From assembly GCA_963815215.1 (NCBI GenBank), contig CAWFFU010000004.1, forward strand, positions 32,001 through 96,000: 64,000 bases of DNA, read 5' to 3'. The position numbers and the translations under genes are program-made. Shown one piece after another: positions 1 through 10,699 of the stretch. Source of the stretch: an uncultured Trueperaceae bacterium (GTDB taxonomy: Bacteria > Deinococcota > Deinococci > Deinococcales > Trueperaceae). Below the pieces are notes generated by a model. The model worked only from the letters and a program-made list of their open reading frames with translations, ran no database searches and was not told the origin of the DNA. Each line of letters starts with the position of its first letter. The stretch's first letter is position 1.

Positions 1-964
1 GGATGCGGGGGCCGACCCCTGCGATGACCGAGCGCGCACCCACCACGGTGTACTCGATCTCGGCGTTGACGACCCGGACCCCGTCGCCGATGGAGGTGAA
101 GGGTCCGAGGTAGGCGTTCTCCACGTGAGCGTCGCGCCCGATGATGGCGGGGCCGAAGATGGTCGTGTTGCGGACGACGGCCCCCTCCTCGATCAGCACC
201 TCGCCTACCAGCGTTGCCCCCTCTGCCTCGCCCCACACCGCGCCCTTCAGGCGCATGAGCTCGAGCCGATTGGCGTCGAGGATGTCTTCGGGCTTGCCGG
301 TGTCCTTCCACCAGCCCGTCACCTCGACCGGGACCACCTCGAAACCCGCGGTGATGAGCATCTGGATGGCGTCGGTGATCTGGTACTCGCCCTTGGCGCC
401 GGGCTCGAGGTCGTCGATCATGGCGTGGATGGTCTTGTCGAACACGTAGACGCCGGCGACGGCCAGCGTACTAGGCGGGTCCTGCGGCTTCTCAACCAGC
501 CGCGTGATGCGCGAGTTCTCGACCACTGCCACGCCGAGCGAGCGGGCGGCCTCGCTCGACACCGGCACCAGCGCGCAGACGGCGTTGGTGCCCTTCTCCG
601 GGTCGAAGGAGCGCACGAAGCTGGTGATGCCGTGCTCGAACAGGTTGTCGGAGAGGTACATGACGAACGGATCGTCGGCGAGGAACGCGCGGGCGACCTT
701 GACGGCATGGGCGAGGCCCTGCGGCGGGTTCTGAAGGATATAGCTGAAGCGTGCTCCCCGGTAACCCGAGAGCGTCTCCTTGATGCTGTCCACCGTCAGG
801 TAGCTGACGACCACGCCGATGTCGGTCACGCCGGCTTCGACCAGGTTGTCGACCGCGTAGTGGATGAGCGGCTTGTTGGCCACGCTGATCGTCGGTTTGG
901 GGCGGAGGCTGGTGATCGGCCGCAGGCGTGTTCCCAGGCCCGCGGCGAGGATGAGTCCCTTCAT
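1..964 (-). CDS. rfbA: Glucose-1-phosphate thymidylyltransferase (long form with C-terminal hexapeptide-like region), truncated by window start
   Basis: Manual minus-strand translation from ATG 964: MKGLILAAGLGTRLRPITSLRPKPTISVANKPLIHY...PQGLAHAV...LVEKP...GEYQITDAI...GWWKDTG. Absent from the ORF track because the stop lies outside the window. Confidence 0.85.
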   Translation of the reverse strand, partial: MKGLILAAGLGTRLRPITSLRPKPTISVANKPLIHYAVDNLVEAGVTDIGVVVSYLTVDSIKETLSGYRGARFSYILQNPPQGLAHAVKVARAFLADDPFVMYLSDNLFEHGITSFVRSFDPEKGTNAVCALVPVSSEAARSLGVAVVENSRITRLVEKPQDPPSTLAVAGVYVFDKTIHAMIDDLEPGAKGEYQITDAIQMLITAGFEVVPVEVTGWWKDTGKPEDILDANRLELMRLKGAVWGEAEGATLVGEVLIEEGAVVRNTTIFGPAIIGRDAHVENAYLGPFTSIGDGVRVVNAEIEYTVVGARSVIAGVGPRI

Positions 965-1106
965 GCCGTTTCCTCTCTCATGACGATCGATGGTACCGCA
1001 GGCGCCCCCGAGGCGCGGCCCGGTCCGCGGCCGGGGTACCGGGAGTTGTCCTCTCGCGTGCGCCGCCGCCACCTCGTGCCCGCGACCCCGCCGCTAGCAT
1101 GGGGGC

Positions 1107-3014
1107 GTGACCGCTCGCGTCGCCACGTCGCCTCCGGATACCGGCCGGGTCGTGCTGGGCCGCACCCTCCCCTCGCTCCTCGATGAGGCCGCGCTGCGAC
1201 GCCCCAACGCCCATGCCCTGAACCAGCGCGTGGACGGCGGTTGGGAGTCCCTCTCCACCGAGGTCTTCCGACAGCGCGCCGACGCCCTGGCGCTCGGACT
1301 CCGTGCCCGGGGCCTGGAGCGGGGCGACCGCGTCGCCTTCTTCACGCACAGCGACGTCTCCTTCGTGGTCGGTGACATGGCCTGTCTGCTGGCGGGGCTG
1401 ATCACCGTCCCGATCTACCTCACGCACGCCGAGGCCGCCATCCGCCACATCCTGCGCCAGTCCGGCGCGCGCGCTCTGCTGGTCTCGAGCCCCGAGCTGT
1501 TGGAGCGTCTCGGCGGCCTCCTGAGCGAGGCCGAGGCGCTGACGCTGGTCGCCCTGTGGGAGGGCGCGCCGCTCGCCGCCCCGGTCCGATCGGGGCCGGC
1601 CGAGCGTGCCGTCGTCACCAGCTACGCCGCCCTGGAGGAGGAGGGAGCGCGCGTGCTCGCCGCCGATCCCGCGGCCGGCGCGGCGCTTCGGGACGCCATC
1701 GGCGCCGAGGACGTGGCCACGCTGATCTACACCTCGGGCACCACGGGGCTTCCCAAGGGCGTCATGCTCACCCACCAGAACCTCTCGTCCAACGTCGTGG
1801 CCGCCTTCACCGGACTCCCCACGTACCATCCCGGCGAGGCGGAGGTGGTGCTGTCCTTCCTGCCGCTCACGCACATCTTCGCTCGCACGCTGCAGTACGG
1901 GGTGATGTGGTACGGCTCGAGCGTCTACTTCAGCGATCCGGCCCGTGTCGGCGAGGACCTCGTGGATGTCCGGCCCACCTTCTTCGCCTCCGTCCCGCGG
2001 GTGTTGGAGAAGGCCTACGAGCGCATCCAGGCAGCCGGCGCTGCGCTGAGTGGGTGGCGCGGCGGGTTGGCCGCGTGGGCCCTCGCGCGGGCGCGCGCGT
2101 TCGACGTCGAGCACCCGCCCCGCGGTGGAGCGGCACTGGCCCACGCGCTCGCCGAGCGCCTGGTCTACCGACGCTGGCGGGAGGCGCTGGGCGGGCGGTT
2201 GAGAACCGTGATCGTAGGTGGCGCGGCGCTTCGCGCCGAGCTCGCTGTCGTCTTCAAGGCCGCCGGGATCGACGTACTGCAGGGCTACGGGCTGACCGAG
2301 ACCAGTCCTGTGATCGCCTTCAACCGGCCCGAGCACAACCGTCCGGGGACGGTGGGGGTAGCACTGGCGGGTACGGAGGTGGCCGTGTCCGGCGAGGGCG
2401 AGGTGTTGGCGCGCGGCCCGCACATCATGAAGGGCTATTACCTGCGTGACGACCTCACTGCCGAGGTGATCGACGCCGACGGCTGGTTCCACACCGGCGA
2501 CCTGGGCGCGATCGAGGACGGCGGATATGTGCGCATCACCGGGAGGATCAAGCACCTGTTCAAGCTCTCGACCGGAAAGTACGTGATGCCGCGACCGATC
2601 GAGCAGCGGCTCGAGGCCAGCCCGCTCGTCGATACCGCCCTGGTCATCGGTGAGGGCGAGAAGTACTGCACCGCCCTGCTGTTCGTGGCGCGATCGGCGC
2701 TCGAGGAGGGACTCGCGCTCGAGGCGGGACTCGCGTTCGAGGAGGGGCGTCCGCTCGAGGCTGCGGCGCTCGCCCGGGCCGACGTGCAGGGCCGCTACCG
2801 CGACCTCGTCGCTGCCGCCAACCGCGACATGCCGCACTGGTCGACGGTCAAACGCTTCGCCCTGGTACCCGAAGAGCTGACGATGGAGAGCGGACACGTC
2901 ACCCCCAAGCTGAGCATCCGGCGCGATACCGTCCTGCACGCCTATGCCGGCGTGGTCGACGCGCTGTACCGTGGCGGTCGGGCGCCGGCGGGAGTGGTAG
3001 TGGTGGAGGTCTGA
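1107..3014 (+). CDS. fadD: Long-chain-fatty-acid--CoA ligase (AMP-dependent synthetase)
   Basis: Motifs IYTSGTTGLPKGV, GYGLTET, WFHTGDLG, ITGRIK. Leaderless: TAGCAT 1095-1100 + 6 nt + GTG. Confidence 0.9.
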   Translation: MTARVATSPPDTGRVVLGRTLPSLLDEAALRRPNAHALNQRVDGGWESLSTEVFRQRADALALGLRARGLERGDRVAFFTHSDVSFVVGDMACLLAGLITVPIYLTHAEAAIRHILRQSGARALLVSSPELLERLGGLLSEAEALTLVALWEGAPLAAPVRSGPAERAVVTSYAALEEEGARVLAADPAAGAALRDAIGAEDVATLIYTSGTTGLPKGVMLTHQNLSSNVVAAFTGLPTYHPGEAEVVLSFLPLTHIFARTLQYGVMWYGSSVYFSDPARVGEDLVDVRPTFFASVPRVLEKAYERIQAAGAALSGWRGGLAAWALARARAFDVEHPPRGGAALAHALAERLVYRRWREALGGRLRTVIVGGAALRAELAVVFKAAGIDVLQGYGLTETSPVIAFNRPEHNRPGTVGVALAGTEVAVSGEGEVLARGPHIMKGYYLRDDLTAEVIDADGWFHTGDLGAIEDGGYVRITGRIKHLFKLSTGKYVMPRPIEQRLEASPLVDTALVIGEGEKYCTALLFVARSALEEGLALEAGLAFEEGRPLEAAALARADVQGRYRDLVAAANRDMPHWSTVKRFALVPEELTMESGHVTPKLSIRRDTVLHAYAGVVDALYRGGRAPAGVVVVEV

Positions 3015-3020
3015 GCCCGA

Positions 3021-4727
3021 TCAGGCGCTGAGCCGGAGCGGGAGCGGGAGCGTGCCCGACGTCACCAGCTCGTCGGGCCGGGGCAACTGCAGCGCGTCCA
3101 GCGGCGCGGGCCGGGCGATGAGATAGCCCTGGGCTTGATCGCAGCCGATGCGGCGGATGCTGTCGAGCTGGCCGCACGTCTCCACGCCCTCGGCGACGAC
3201 CGTCTTGCCCAGCGCGTGCCCCAGCGACACCACGGCGGCGACGACGTCGTAGGCGCCGTCGAGGGGGAGCGTGTCGAGGGCCTGGATGAAGACGCGGTCG
3301 AGCTTGAGGATGTCCGCCGGGATCTCGCGCAGGTAGGCCAGCGAGGAGTAGCCGACGCCGAAGTCGTCGATGGCGATGCGCACGCCCAGGGAGCGCAGGC
3401 GCGCGAGGTGCCCCAGGGCCGCGTCCCGGTGCCCGAGCAGCGCTTCCTCGGTGAGCTCGATCTCCAGAAGTTCAGGGGCGAGTCCCGCGCCGTGGAGCGC
3501 CGCCAGGACGTCCTCGGCGAATCCGGGTTGGGCCGCGTGGGAGGGCGAGATGTTGACGCTGACCCGGGGAGGCTCCCCGCTGCCGTCCGTCGCCGTCCAG
3601 GCCGCAGCGTCTCGACATGCCGACGCCAGCACCCAGCGGCCAAGGGTCCCCGTCAGCCCGAGCTCCTCGGCGAGCTCCACGATCGTGGTCGGCGGCACGG
3701 CGCCGAGGTCCTCGTGGCGCCAGCGCAGGAGTGCCTCGAGCGCTGCGGTGCGGCCGGTATCGAGGTCGACGATGGGCTGGTAGACCAGGGTGAACGCGTC
3801 GCCCTCGAGCGCGGCGCCCAGATCGCGGCGCAGGCGCATCCGCTGCGCTTCCTCGCGGCCGCCCTCGCCGAAGAAGCGCACGCCGTTCTTGCCCTGCCAC
3901 TTGACGCGGTACATGGCGTTGTCGGCGCGACCGACGAGCTCCTCCACCGTTCGGCCGTCCCGCGGGAAGAAGCTGATGCCGATACTGGCGCGCATCCGGA
4001 CCGACCCGGTCCCGACGGCGTGCGGCTCGTTCAGCGCGCCGAGCACGTGCTGCGCGACCGTCATGGCGTCCTCGGGGCTCTTGATCCCCTTCAGGACGGC
4101 GACGAACTCGTCGCCGCCGAGCCGGCCCACCAGGTCGCCGCCGCGGGTGTGCTCGGTCAGCCGCCGGGCCACGGACTTCAGGAGCTCGTCGCCGGCTTCG
4201 TGCCCGAGCGTGTCGTTGATGGCCTTGAAGCGGTCCAGGTCGACGAACATGACGCCGATGACGTCGGCGTCGGCGTCGGAGAGCTCGAGCAGCTCCGCGA
4301 GCTGCCGGCTGAGCGAGCTCCGGTTCAGGAGTCCCGTGAGGACGTCTCGATCCGCCTGCGCCTGGATGGTGGCGTTCTGATGCTCCAACCTGCGGCGCAG
4401 ATCCCGCAGGTAGCCGATCAGCCCTCCCAGGCCGAGCGCGACCATGAGCGGGACCACGACGTTGCCGACGGTGGGCGCCATGGCCAGGAACTGCCAGTAG
4501 AGCAGCGTGTTGGCAGCCGTCGTCAGGATCGCCAGGACGACGCCGGCACGCGTGCCGCACAGCCAGGCCGAACCCATCACGATAGCGAAGCTCACGACCG
4601 CCACGGTGCTGCCGATGTGTTGGGTGAGGAACGGGAAGCCGACCACGTAGGCCGCCAAGGCCGCGGCGATGACGGCGTACTTGACCGTACGACCTGCGGT
4701 GGGCGAGAGGGCCGACGAGGGGGTCAT
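3021..4727 (-). CDS. Membrane-anchored diguanylate cyclase/phosphodiesterase (GGDEF-EAL)
   Basis: N-terminal hydrophobic helices; RGGD I-site then RLGGDEF; EALLR, DDFGVGYSS and EGVE motifs intact. Confidence 0.92.
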   Translation of the reverse strand: MTPSSALSPTAGRTVKYAVIAAALAAYVVGFPFLTQHIGSTVAVVSFAIVMGSAWLCGTRAGVVLAILTTAANTLLYWQFLAMAPTVGNVVVPLMVALGLGGLIGYLRDLRRRLEHQNATIQAQADRDVLTGLLNRSSLSRQLAELLELSDADADVIGVMFVDLDRFKAINDTLGHEAGDELLKSVARRLTEHTRGGDLVGRLGGDEFVAVLKGIKSPEDAMTVAQHVLGALNEPHAVGTGSVRMRASIGISFFPRDGRTVEELVGRADNAMYRVKWQGKNGVRFFGEGGREEAQRMRLRRDLGAALEGDAFTLVYQPIVDLDTGRTAALEALLRWRHEDLGAVPPTTIVELAEELGLTGTLGRWVLASACRDAAAWTATDGSGEPPRVSVNISPSHAAQPGFAEDVLAALHGAGLAPELLEIELTEEALLGHRDAALGHLARLRSLGVRIAIDDFGVGYSSLAYLREIPADILKLDRVFIQALDTLPLDGAYDVVAAVVSLGHALGKTVVAEGVETCGQLDSIRRIGCDQAQGYLIARPAPLDALQLPRPDELVTSGTLPLPLRLSA

Positions 4728-4787
4728 GCGGTCACGCTAGCACCGGCCCTCTGACTGCACGATGATTAATCTCCGTTTCAGGTTCGT

Positions 4788-5693
<906 letters not shown>

Positions 5694-5728
5694 GCCCGCC
5701 TCCGTTCGCGGAAGGTCGGTCGGTGGCC

Positions 5729-6781
5729 TCACCGCGGCACCGCCGACCCGACCGGTTGCTGTTGCGTCACGCAGTGGAAGGCGCCGCCACCGCTGATGAG
5801 GTGGGCGCCGGACAGCCCGGTCACCTCGCGCCCCGGGAACAGCGGACGGAGCGTCGCCAGCGCGCCCGCGTCGTTCTCGTCATCATAGAGGGGCACGGCG
5901 ACGAAGCCGTTGCCGATGTAGAAGTTGGCGTAGCTGGGCGGCAGGCGCGTGCCGGAGAGCTCCATGCGCCGCCGCGGCAGCGGCAGCGGGACCACTCGAT
6001 AGGGCGCGCCATCGGGGTCACGCAGCGCTCGGAGCGCCTCCAGGTTGTGGCGGGTGGGGCCGTGGTTGGGGTCGGAGGGGTCCGCCTCGTAGGCGCACAC
6101 CAGGGTGCGGTCGTCGGTGAAGCGCACCAGTGTGTCGATGTGGCCGTCGGTGTGGTCGCCCTCCAGCGATCCCTGCAGCCACACGACGCGCTTCACGCCC
6201 AGGGTGTCGCGGAGCAGCTCCTCCAGGTCGTCCTCGGTGAGACCCGGATTGCGCTCGCGCGACAGCAGGCAGGAGCGCGTGGTGAGGCACAGGCCCTCGC
6301 CGTTCACCTCCAGGGAGCCACCCTCCATCACGACGGGGATCTCGAAGCGACGCATGCCCAGGTGCGCCGAGACCGCCTGCGGTGCGCGGTCGTCGTCGTC
6401 CCAGGGGGCGTACTTCCGACCCCAGGCGTTGAAGCGCCAGTCGGTGAGTGCCACCTGGCCGCGACCGTCGGTCACGAAGATCGGCCCGTTGTCGCGGAAC
6501 CAGGCGTCGTTGAGCGGCAGGCGGTGGAAGGCGATGCGTTCGAGCGGGGCGCCCAACGCCTGCAGCCGGCGACGGGCGTCGGCCTCGGCCTCGTCGTCGC
6601 GGACGTTGACGACCACCGGCTCGTAGCGGGCGACCAGGGCGACCAGCCCCGCCACGTCATCACGAACCCCGTCGAGCTGGCCCTCCCAGAGGGCGTCGTC
6701 GAACGGCCAGCTGGTCCAGGTGGCGGCGTGCGGCGCCCATTCGGGCGGCAACGAGAATCCCAGATCGGCAGGGCTGCGCAT
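5729..6781 (-). CDS. aguA: Agmatine deiminase
   Basis: PPEWAPH, DAWFRDNGP, EGGS, DHTDGHID, SYANFY, GGGAFHCVTQQQP (catalytic Cys). Confidence 0.92.
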   Translation of the reverse strand: MRSPADLGFSLPPEWAPHAATWTSWPFDDALWEGQLDGVRDDVAGLVALVARYEPVVVNVRDDEAEADARRRLQALGAPLERIAFHRLPLNDAWFRDNGPIFVTDGRGQVALTDWRFNAWGRKYAPWDDDDRAPQAVSAHLGMRRFEIPVVMEGGSLEVNGEGLCLTTRSCLLSRERNPGLTEDDLEELLRDTLGVKRVVWLQGSLEGDHTDGHIDTLVRFTDDRTLVCAYEADPSDPNHGPTRHNLEALRALRDPDGAPYRVVPLPLPRRRMELSGTRLPPSYANFYIGNGFVAVPLYDDENDAGALATLRPLFPGREVTGLSGAHLISGGGAFHCVTQQQPVGSAVPR

Positions 6782-7055
6782 GCTGACCGATGCTATCAGA
6801 GCCGGAGCGTCGTGCCGTCGGCGCGTCCGTCGGAAGGAGCGGCGCCGCGCGCGGTCGGTTCCCGGCGACCGCGCAGTCGTGTCGGTACGGCTTTCGAGCG
6901 CGCTCCGGACGTGCTAGAGTACGCGCGCTCGACGCTCGTTCGAGTGCCGGTCGGCGCGTTCCCGAGGGGTGCCGCCACGATCGGCACGGCGAGTCCGAGG
7001 GCGCGGCCGGACGGCGCTCGGCGCGGCGCCGTGCGCGTGCGCCGGGAGGGCCCGA

Positions 7056-8975
7056 TTGAACCACCCCACCAAGCCCAGCGAGCCCATCTTCAAGGTCTCG
7101 GACGCCGTGGAGCTGTACGGAGTCCGTACCTGGTCGAACGGCTACTTCGACGTGTCCGGGCTGGGCGAGCTGACCGTTGCCGTCCGTGATTCCGGCTCGG
7201 TCTCGCTCAAGCGCATCATCGACGACCTGCGCGAGAACGGTCATGCGCTGCCGGTGATCCTGCGCTTCCCCGACGTGCTCGAGGATCGCATCGACCGGGT
7301 CAACGCCGCCTTCGCCGACGCCATCGCCGAGGCCGGGTACCAGGGTCGCTACCAGGGCGTGTTCCCGATCAAGGTGAACCAGCGCCGGGTGGTGGTGGAG
7401 ACCGTCGCGACCTACGGGGAGAACTACCGTACCGGCCTGGAGGCCGGCAGCAAGGCGGAGCTGGCGCTGGCGCTGGCGCAAGAGGGGCACCCCGAGTCGC
7501 TGGTGTGCTGCAACGGCTTCAAGGACGACGACTTCATCCGGCTGGCCCTGTGGGGACGCAAGCTCGGGCGCAACGTGATCATCACGCTCGAGAAGTACTC
7601 GGAGCTCGAGCGTGTGTTGCGCATCAGTCGGGAGATGGGGGTGCGGCCCGCGCTGGGCGCGCGCTTCAAGCTCCACGCGCGCGGCAGCGGGCAGTGGGAG
7701 GCCTCCGGCGGCGACGACGCCAAGTTCGGGCTCACCGCGGCGGAGCTGCTCAACGTGGCGCGCCGGCTCGAGGAGGAGGACCTGAGCGACGCCTTGGAGT
7801 TGCTCCACTGCCACGTCGGCAGTCAGCTCACCGACATCCGGCGCATCCGGGTGGCGGTGCGGGAGGCGGCCCAGGCGTATGTCGAACTCGCCGAGATGGG
7901 GGTCGGCGTCCGCTACCTCGACGTGGGCGGTGGTCTTGCTGTCGACTACGACGGCAGCAAGACCACCTTCTACGTGTCGGCCAACTACGGCCTGCGCGAG
8001 TACGCCGACACCGTGGTGTACACGGTCATGGAGGCCTGCCAGGAGTGGGAGGTGCCGCAGCCGACCCTGGTGACGGAGTCGGGGCGCGCCCTCACGGCGC
8101 ACCACGCGGTGCTGGTGCTGCCGGTGATCGACGCCATCGGGCCGACGCGCGACACCCTCGAGCTGCCGGAACTCGAGGGGGAGGTGCACTCGCTCGTGCG
8201 GGACATGCGCGACCTGCTCGACGGGATCACCATCAAGACCTACCGGGAGGTCTACAACGAGGCCGTCAGCAACAAGGACACCATGCACAGCCTGTTCGAC
8301 CTCGGTTACCTGAGCCTGCTGGAGCGCGCCCACTTCGAACAGCTCTTCAACCGCATCATGGTGCGGGTGGCGAAGGTGGTGGAGAACCTCGAGTACATCC
8401 CCGACGAGTTCGAGGCGCTGCCGAGACACCTGGCGGACACGTACGTCGTCAACTTCAGCGTCTTCCAGAGCCTCCCCGACCACTGGGCGATCCACCAGCT
8501 GTTCCCGATCATGCCGCTGCACCGGCTCGACGAGCGCCCCACGCGCAACGCCACCTTGGTGGACATCAGCTGCGACTCCGACGGCAAGATCGACCGCTTC
8601 ATCGACCTCCGCGATGTGAAGAGCACCCTGAGGGTCCACCAGCTCCGCCCGGGCGAGCCCTACTACCTGGGCGCCTTCCTCACCGGCGCCTACCAGGACG
8701 TGCTCGGGAACGCCCATAACCTGTTCGGGCGCGTCAACGAGGCCCACATCCGGCTCGACGGGGAGGGCTACCGGCTCGAGCGCTTCATCAACGGTCAGAA
8801 GGCGCGCCGCGTCATCGAGAACATGGGCTACGAGACCCCGCTCCTCCACGGCGCCCTGGCCCGACTCGCGAGCGAGGGGACGGCGGCGGGAAGGCTGAGC
8901 GAGGCCGAGCGCACCGAGTTGCTGGAGCTCTACGACGCGGAGCTGGTGGGCTACACCTACCTGGAGGCGATGTGA
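7056..8975 (+). CDS. speA: Biosynthetic arginine decarboxylase
   Basis: FPIKVNQ (PLP Lys), GLEAGSKAEL, HCHVGSQ, DVGGGLAVDYDG, NFSVFQSLPDHW, DISCDSDG. Start assigned to TTG 7056 after GGGAGG. Confidence 0.93.
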   Translation: MNHPTKPSEPIFKVSDAVELYGVRTWSNGYFDVSGLGELTVAVRDSGSVSLKRIIDDLRENGHALPVILRFPDVLEDRIDRVNAAFADAIAEAGYQGRYQGVFPIKVNQRRVVVETVATYGENYRTGLEAGSKAELALALAQEGHPESLVCCNGFKDDDFIRLALWGRKLGRNVIITLEKYSELERVLRISREMGVRPALGARFKLHARGSGQWEASGGDDAKFGLTAAELLNVARRLEEEDLSDALELLHCHVGSQLTDIRRIRVAVREAAQAYVELAEMGVGVRYLDVGGGLAVDYDGSKTTFYVSANYGLREYADTVVYTVMEACQEWEVPQPTLVTESGRALTAHHAVLVLPVIDAIGPTRDTLELPELEGEVHSLVRDMRDLLDGITIKTYREVYNEAVSNKDTMHSLFDLGYLSLLERAHFEQLFNRIMVRVAKVVENLEYIPDEFEALPRHLADTYVVNFSVFQSLPDHWAIHQLFPIMPLHRLDERPTRNATLVDISCDSDGKIDRFIDLRDVKSTLRVHQLRPGEPYYLGAFLTGAYQDVLGNAHNLFGRVNEAHIRLDGEGYRLERFINGQKARRVIENMGYETPLLHGALARLASEGTAAGRLSEAERTELLELYDAELVGYTYLEAM

Positions 8976-9412
8976 GCGTCGGCGGGCGGCGGCCCATCGC
9001 CGGCGCGGTGCTGTGGAACCCCGATGGGACCGTCCTGCTCCAGCATCGCGACGACGTGGCCGGAGTCAAGGACGCCGGCAAGTGGTCGCTCTTCGGCGGC
9101 GGTATCGAACCCGGCGAGGATCCCGAGACGGCCATGCTCAGGGAGCTCGACGAAGAGATCGGCTACCGCCCGGAGCGCTACCACCTCTTCCTGGTGCTGT
9201 ACGCGCGCGACGCGGACTTCCACCTGTTCCTGGCCATGATCGAGGAGCCGATCGAGCGCTTGCGGCTCACCGAGGGACAGGGGTTCGCCTACCTGACGCC
9301 GGAGGCCGCGCTCGCCGACCTCGAACTCTCGGACACGGCGCGCGCAGCTCTGGGCGCGCTCCAGATCTATCGCGGGTTCCGGGCCGGGCAGGGGCTGCCG
9401 GGCCCGCTGTAG
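8972..9412 (+). CDS. NUDIX hydrolase
   Basis: Nudix box GGGIEPGEDPETAMLRELDEEIG; GTGA overlap with the speA stop. Confidence 0.88.
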   Translation: MSVGGRRPIAGAVLWNPDGTVLLQHRDDVAGVKDAGKWSLFGGGIEPGEDPETAMLRELDEEIGYRPERYHLFLVLYARDADFHLFLAMIEEPIERLRLTEGQGFAYLTPEAALADLELSDTARAALGALQIYRGFRAGQGLPGPL

Positions 9413-9485
9413 GACCCGGAACGGCCGACTTGGGGCCCGTTTCGGGCTGTTTCCGCCGTGAGGGAGGGCGCTGCGGCGCAAAGTC

Positions 9486-9514
9486 TTGACGAATAGCGAA
9501 TACCGGGGTATGTT
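9486..9514 (+). promoter_or_regulatory. Sigma70/SigA-like promoter TTGACG-N17-TATGTT
   Basis: Near-consensus -35 (9486-9491) and -10 (9509-9514) with exact 17-bp spacing, in an AT-rich patch of a GC-rich genome. Confidence 0.6.
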
Positions 9515-9522
9515 GACTTTAT

Positions 9523-9551
9523 AGGCGCTCGCAGGGAGCGCTTCTTTTTTT
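9523..9551 (+). terminator. Rho-independent terminator
   Basis: Stem GCGCTC/GAGCGC with loop GCAGG, followed by TTCTTTTTTT. Confidence 0.8.
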
Positions 9552-9656
9552 GTCTCGAGGTTGCGACCCGCTCCGCGTTCCCTATGACCCGGCGGTGGTA
9601 CGGCAACCCGATGGCCCGCAGGCCCACCCGCACGAGCAGAGGACCGCCCGCGCCAC

Positions 9657-9698
9657 CGCCTGGTACGCGCCGCCTGGAATGCGCCGCCTGGTACGCGC
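9657..9698. repeat. 14-bp tandem repeat x3
   Basis: cgcctggtacgcgc / cgcctggaatgcgc / cgcctggtacgcgc. Confidence 0.85.
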
Positions 9699-9721
9699 CC
9701 CGGAAGGTGTGTGGGAGTCGC

Positions 9722-10474
9722 TTAGAACGCGATCGTGTCGCCGTCGGCGCCGAGCGTCGTGTCGGCGAAGTGGCGCCGCGCCTCGTCGAGGGTCGTTGTC
9801 GCGTCGCCACGGTTGGGCGCGATGTGGACGAGTCGCAGGTGGCGCACGCCCGCCCTGGCCGCCACGCTCGCCGCGTCTACGGCGCCGGTGTGGCCCGGTC
9901 CGCGCCCGGTGGCCTCATGCACCAGCACGTCGGCGCCGTGTGCCAGCCGCTCGATGGCCTCGCAGGGCTCGGTGTCGGCCGAGTACACCATCACGCCTCC
10001 GCCGTGCCGGTCGACGATGCGCAGGCCGGTGACGGGCACGGCGTGGCACCCCGGGGTGGCAGTGATCTCCCAGTCCTCGTTGCGCAGCACCATGGCGTCT
10101 TCGAGCAGCGCGACCTCGTGGTAGCGGATGTCGGGGTAGCCGGGCCAGTCGGAGGTATCGAAGGTGTCGTGGAGACGGCGCACCTGATCGATGGCGGGGG
10201 CGATACCGTAGACATCGAGCGGCCGCGAGCGGCCGGCGAGCCACAGCCGCTCCATCATGAGCGGGAAGCCCGACACGTGGTCGGCGTGCTCGTGCGTCAC
10301 CACCAGGGCAGTCACCCGATCGAGGTCGAGGCCGTGCGCGAGGAGCCACCGCACGACGTCGCCGCCGCAGTCGATGACGACGGTGGACGCGGGCCCGCTC
10401 ACGGCCAGCATGGTCGTGGTGCGAGCGGCGTCCGAGATCGCTGCCCCCGTGCCCAGGAGATGAAGCGTTGCCAT
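9722..10474 (-). CDS. MBL-fold metallo-hydrolase, RNase Z/ElaC-like
   Basis: LLGTGAA, IDCG, THEHADH, YSADT, LVHEAT motifs; ATG 10474 after GGAGG. Confidence 0.85.
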   Translation of the reverse strand: MATLHLLGTGAAISDAARTTTMLAVSGPASTVVIDCGGDVVRWLLAHGLDLDRVTALVVTHEHADHVSGFPLMMERLWLAGRSRPLDVYGIAPAIDQVRRLHDTFDTSDWPGYPDIRYHEVALLEDAMVLRNEDWEITATPGCHAVPVTGLRIVDRHGGGVMVYSADTEPCEAIERLAHGADVLVHEATGRGPGHTGAVDAASVAARAGVRHLRLVHIAPNRGDATTTLDEARRHFADTTLGADGDTIAF

Positions 10475-10699
10475 CGTTCCTGCCTCCAGAGGAAGCGCCG
10501 ATCCCCACCCCCCGACCGGCCCGGCGCACCGGGCGTGGCAGGACCGGAGCCCCGTCCTCGGCGCGTCGACGGCCATGATAGCCCTCGCTGATGGCGCCGG
10601 GCGCGCGCCTGCCACATCCACCGCGAGCGCGGCCGTGCCAGGTCCTTGGAGGGCGCGCCTGGGGCCCGCCTGGAACCCGCCTGGGCCCGCCGATACGCC

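Noticed and set aside
9508..9524. GTATGTTGACTTTATAG as a Deinococcus RDRM (DdrO site)
   Set aside because: Only the left half resembles the 17-bp palindrome; the right half does not.
9584..10591. Plus-strand ORF downstream of the orphan promoter and terminator
   Set aside because: Mostly antisense to the MBL hydrolase, with no RBS and shadow-like composition.
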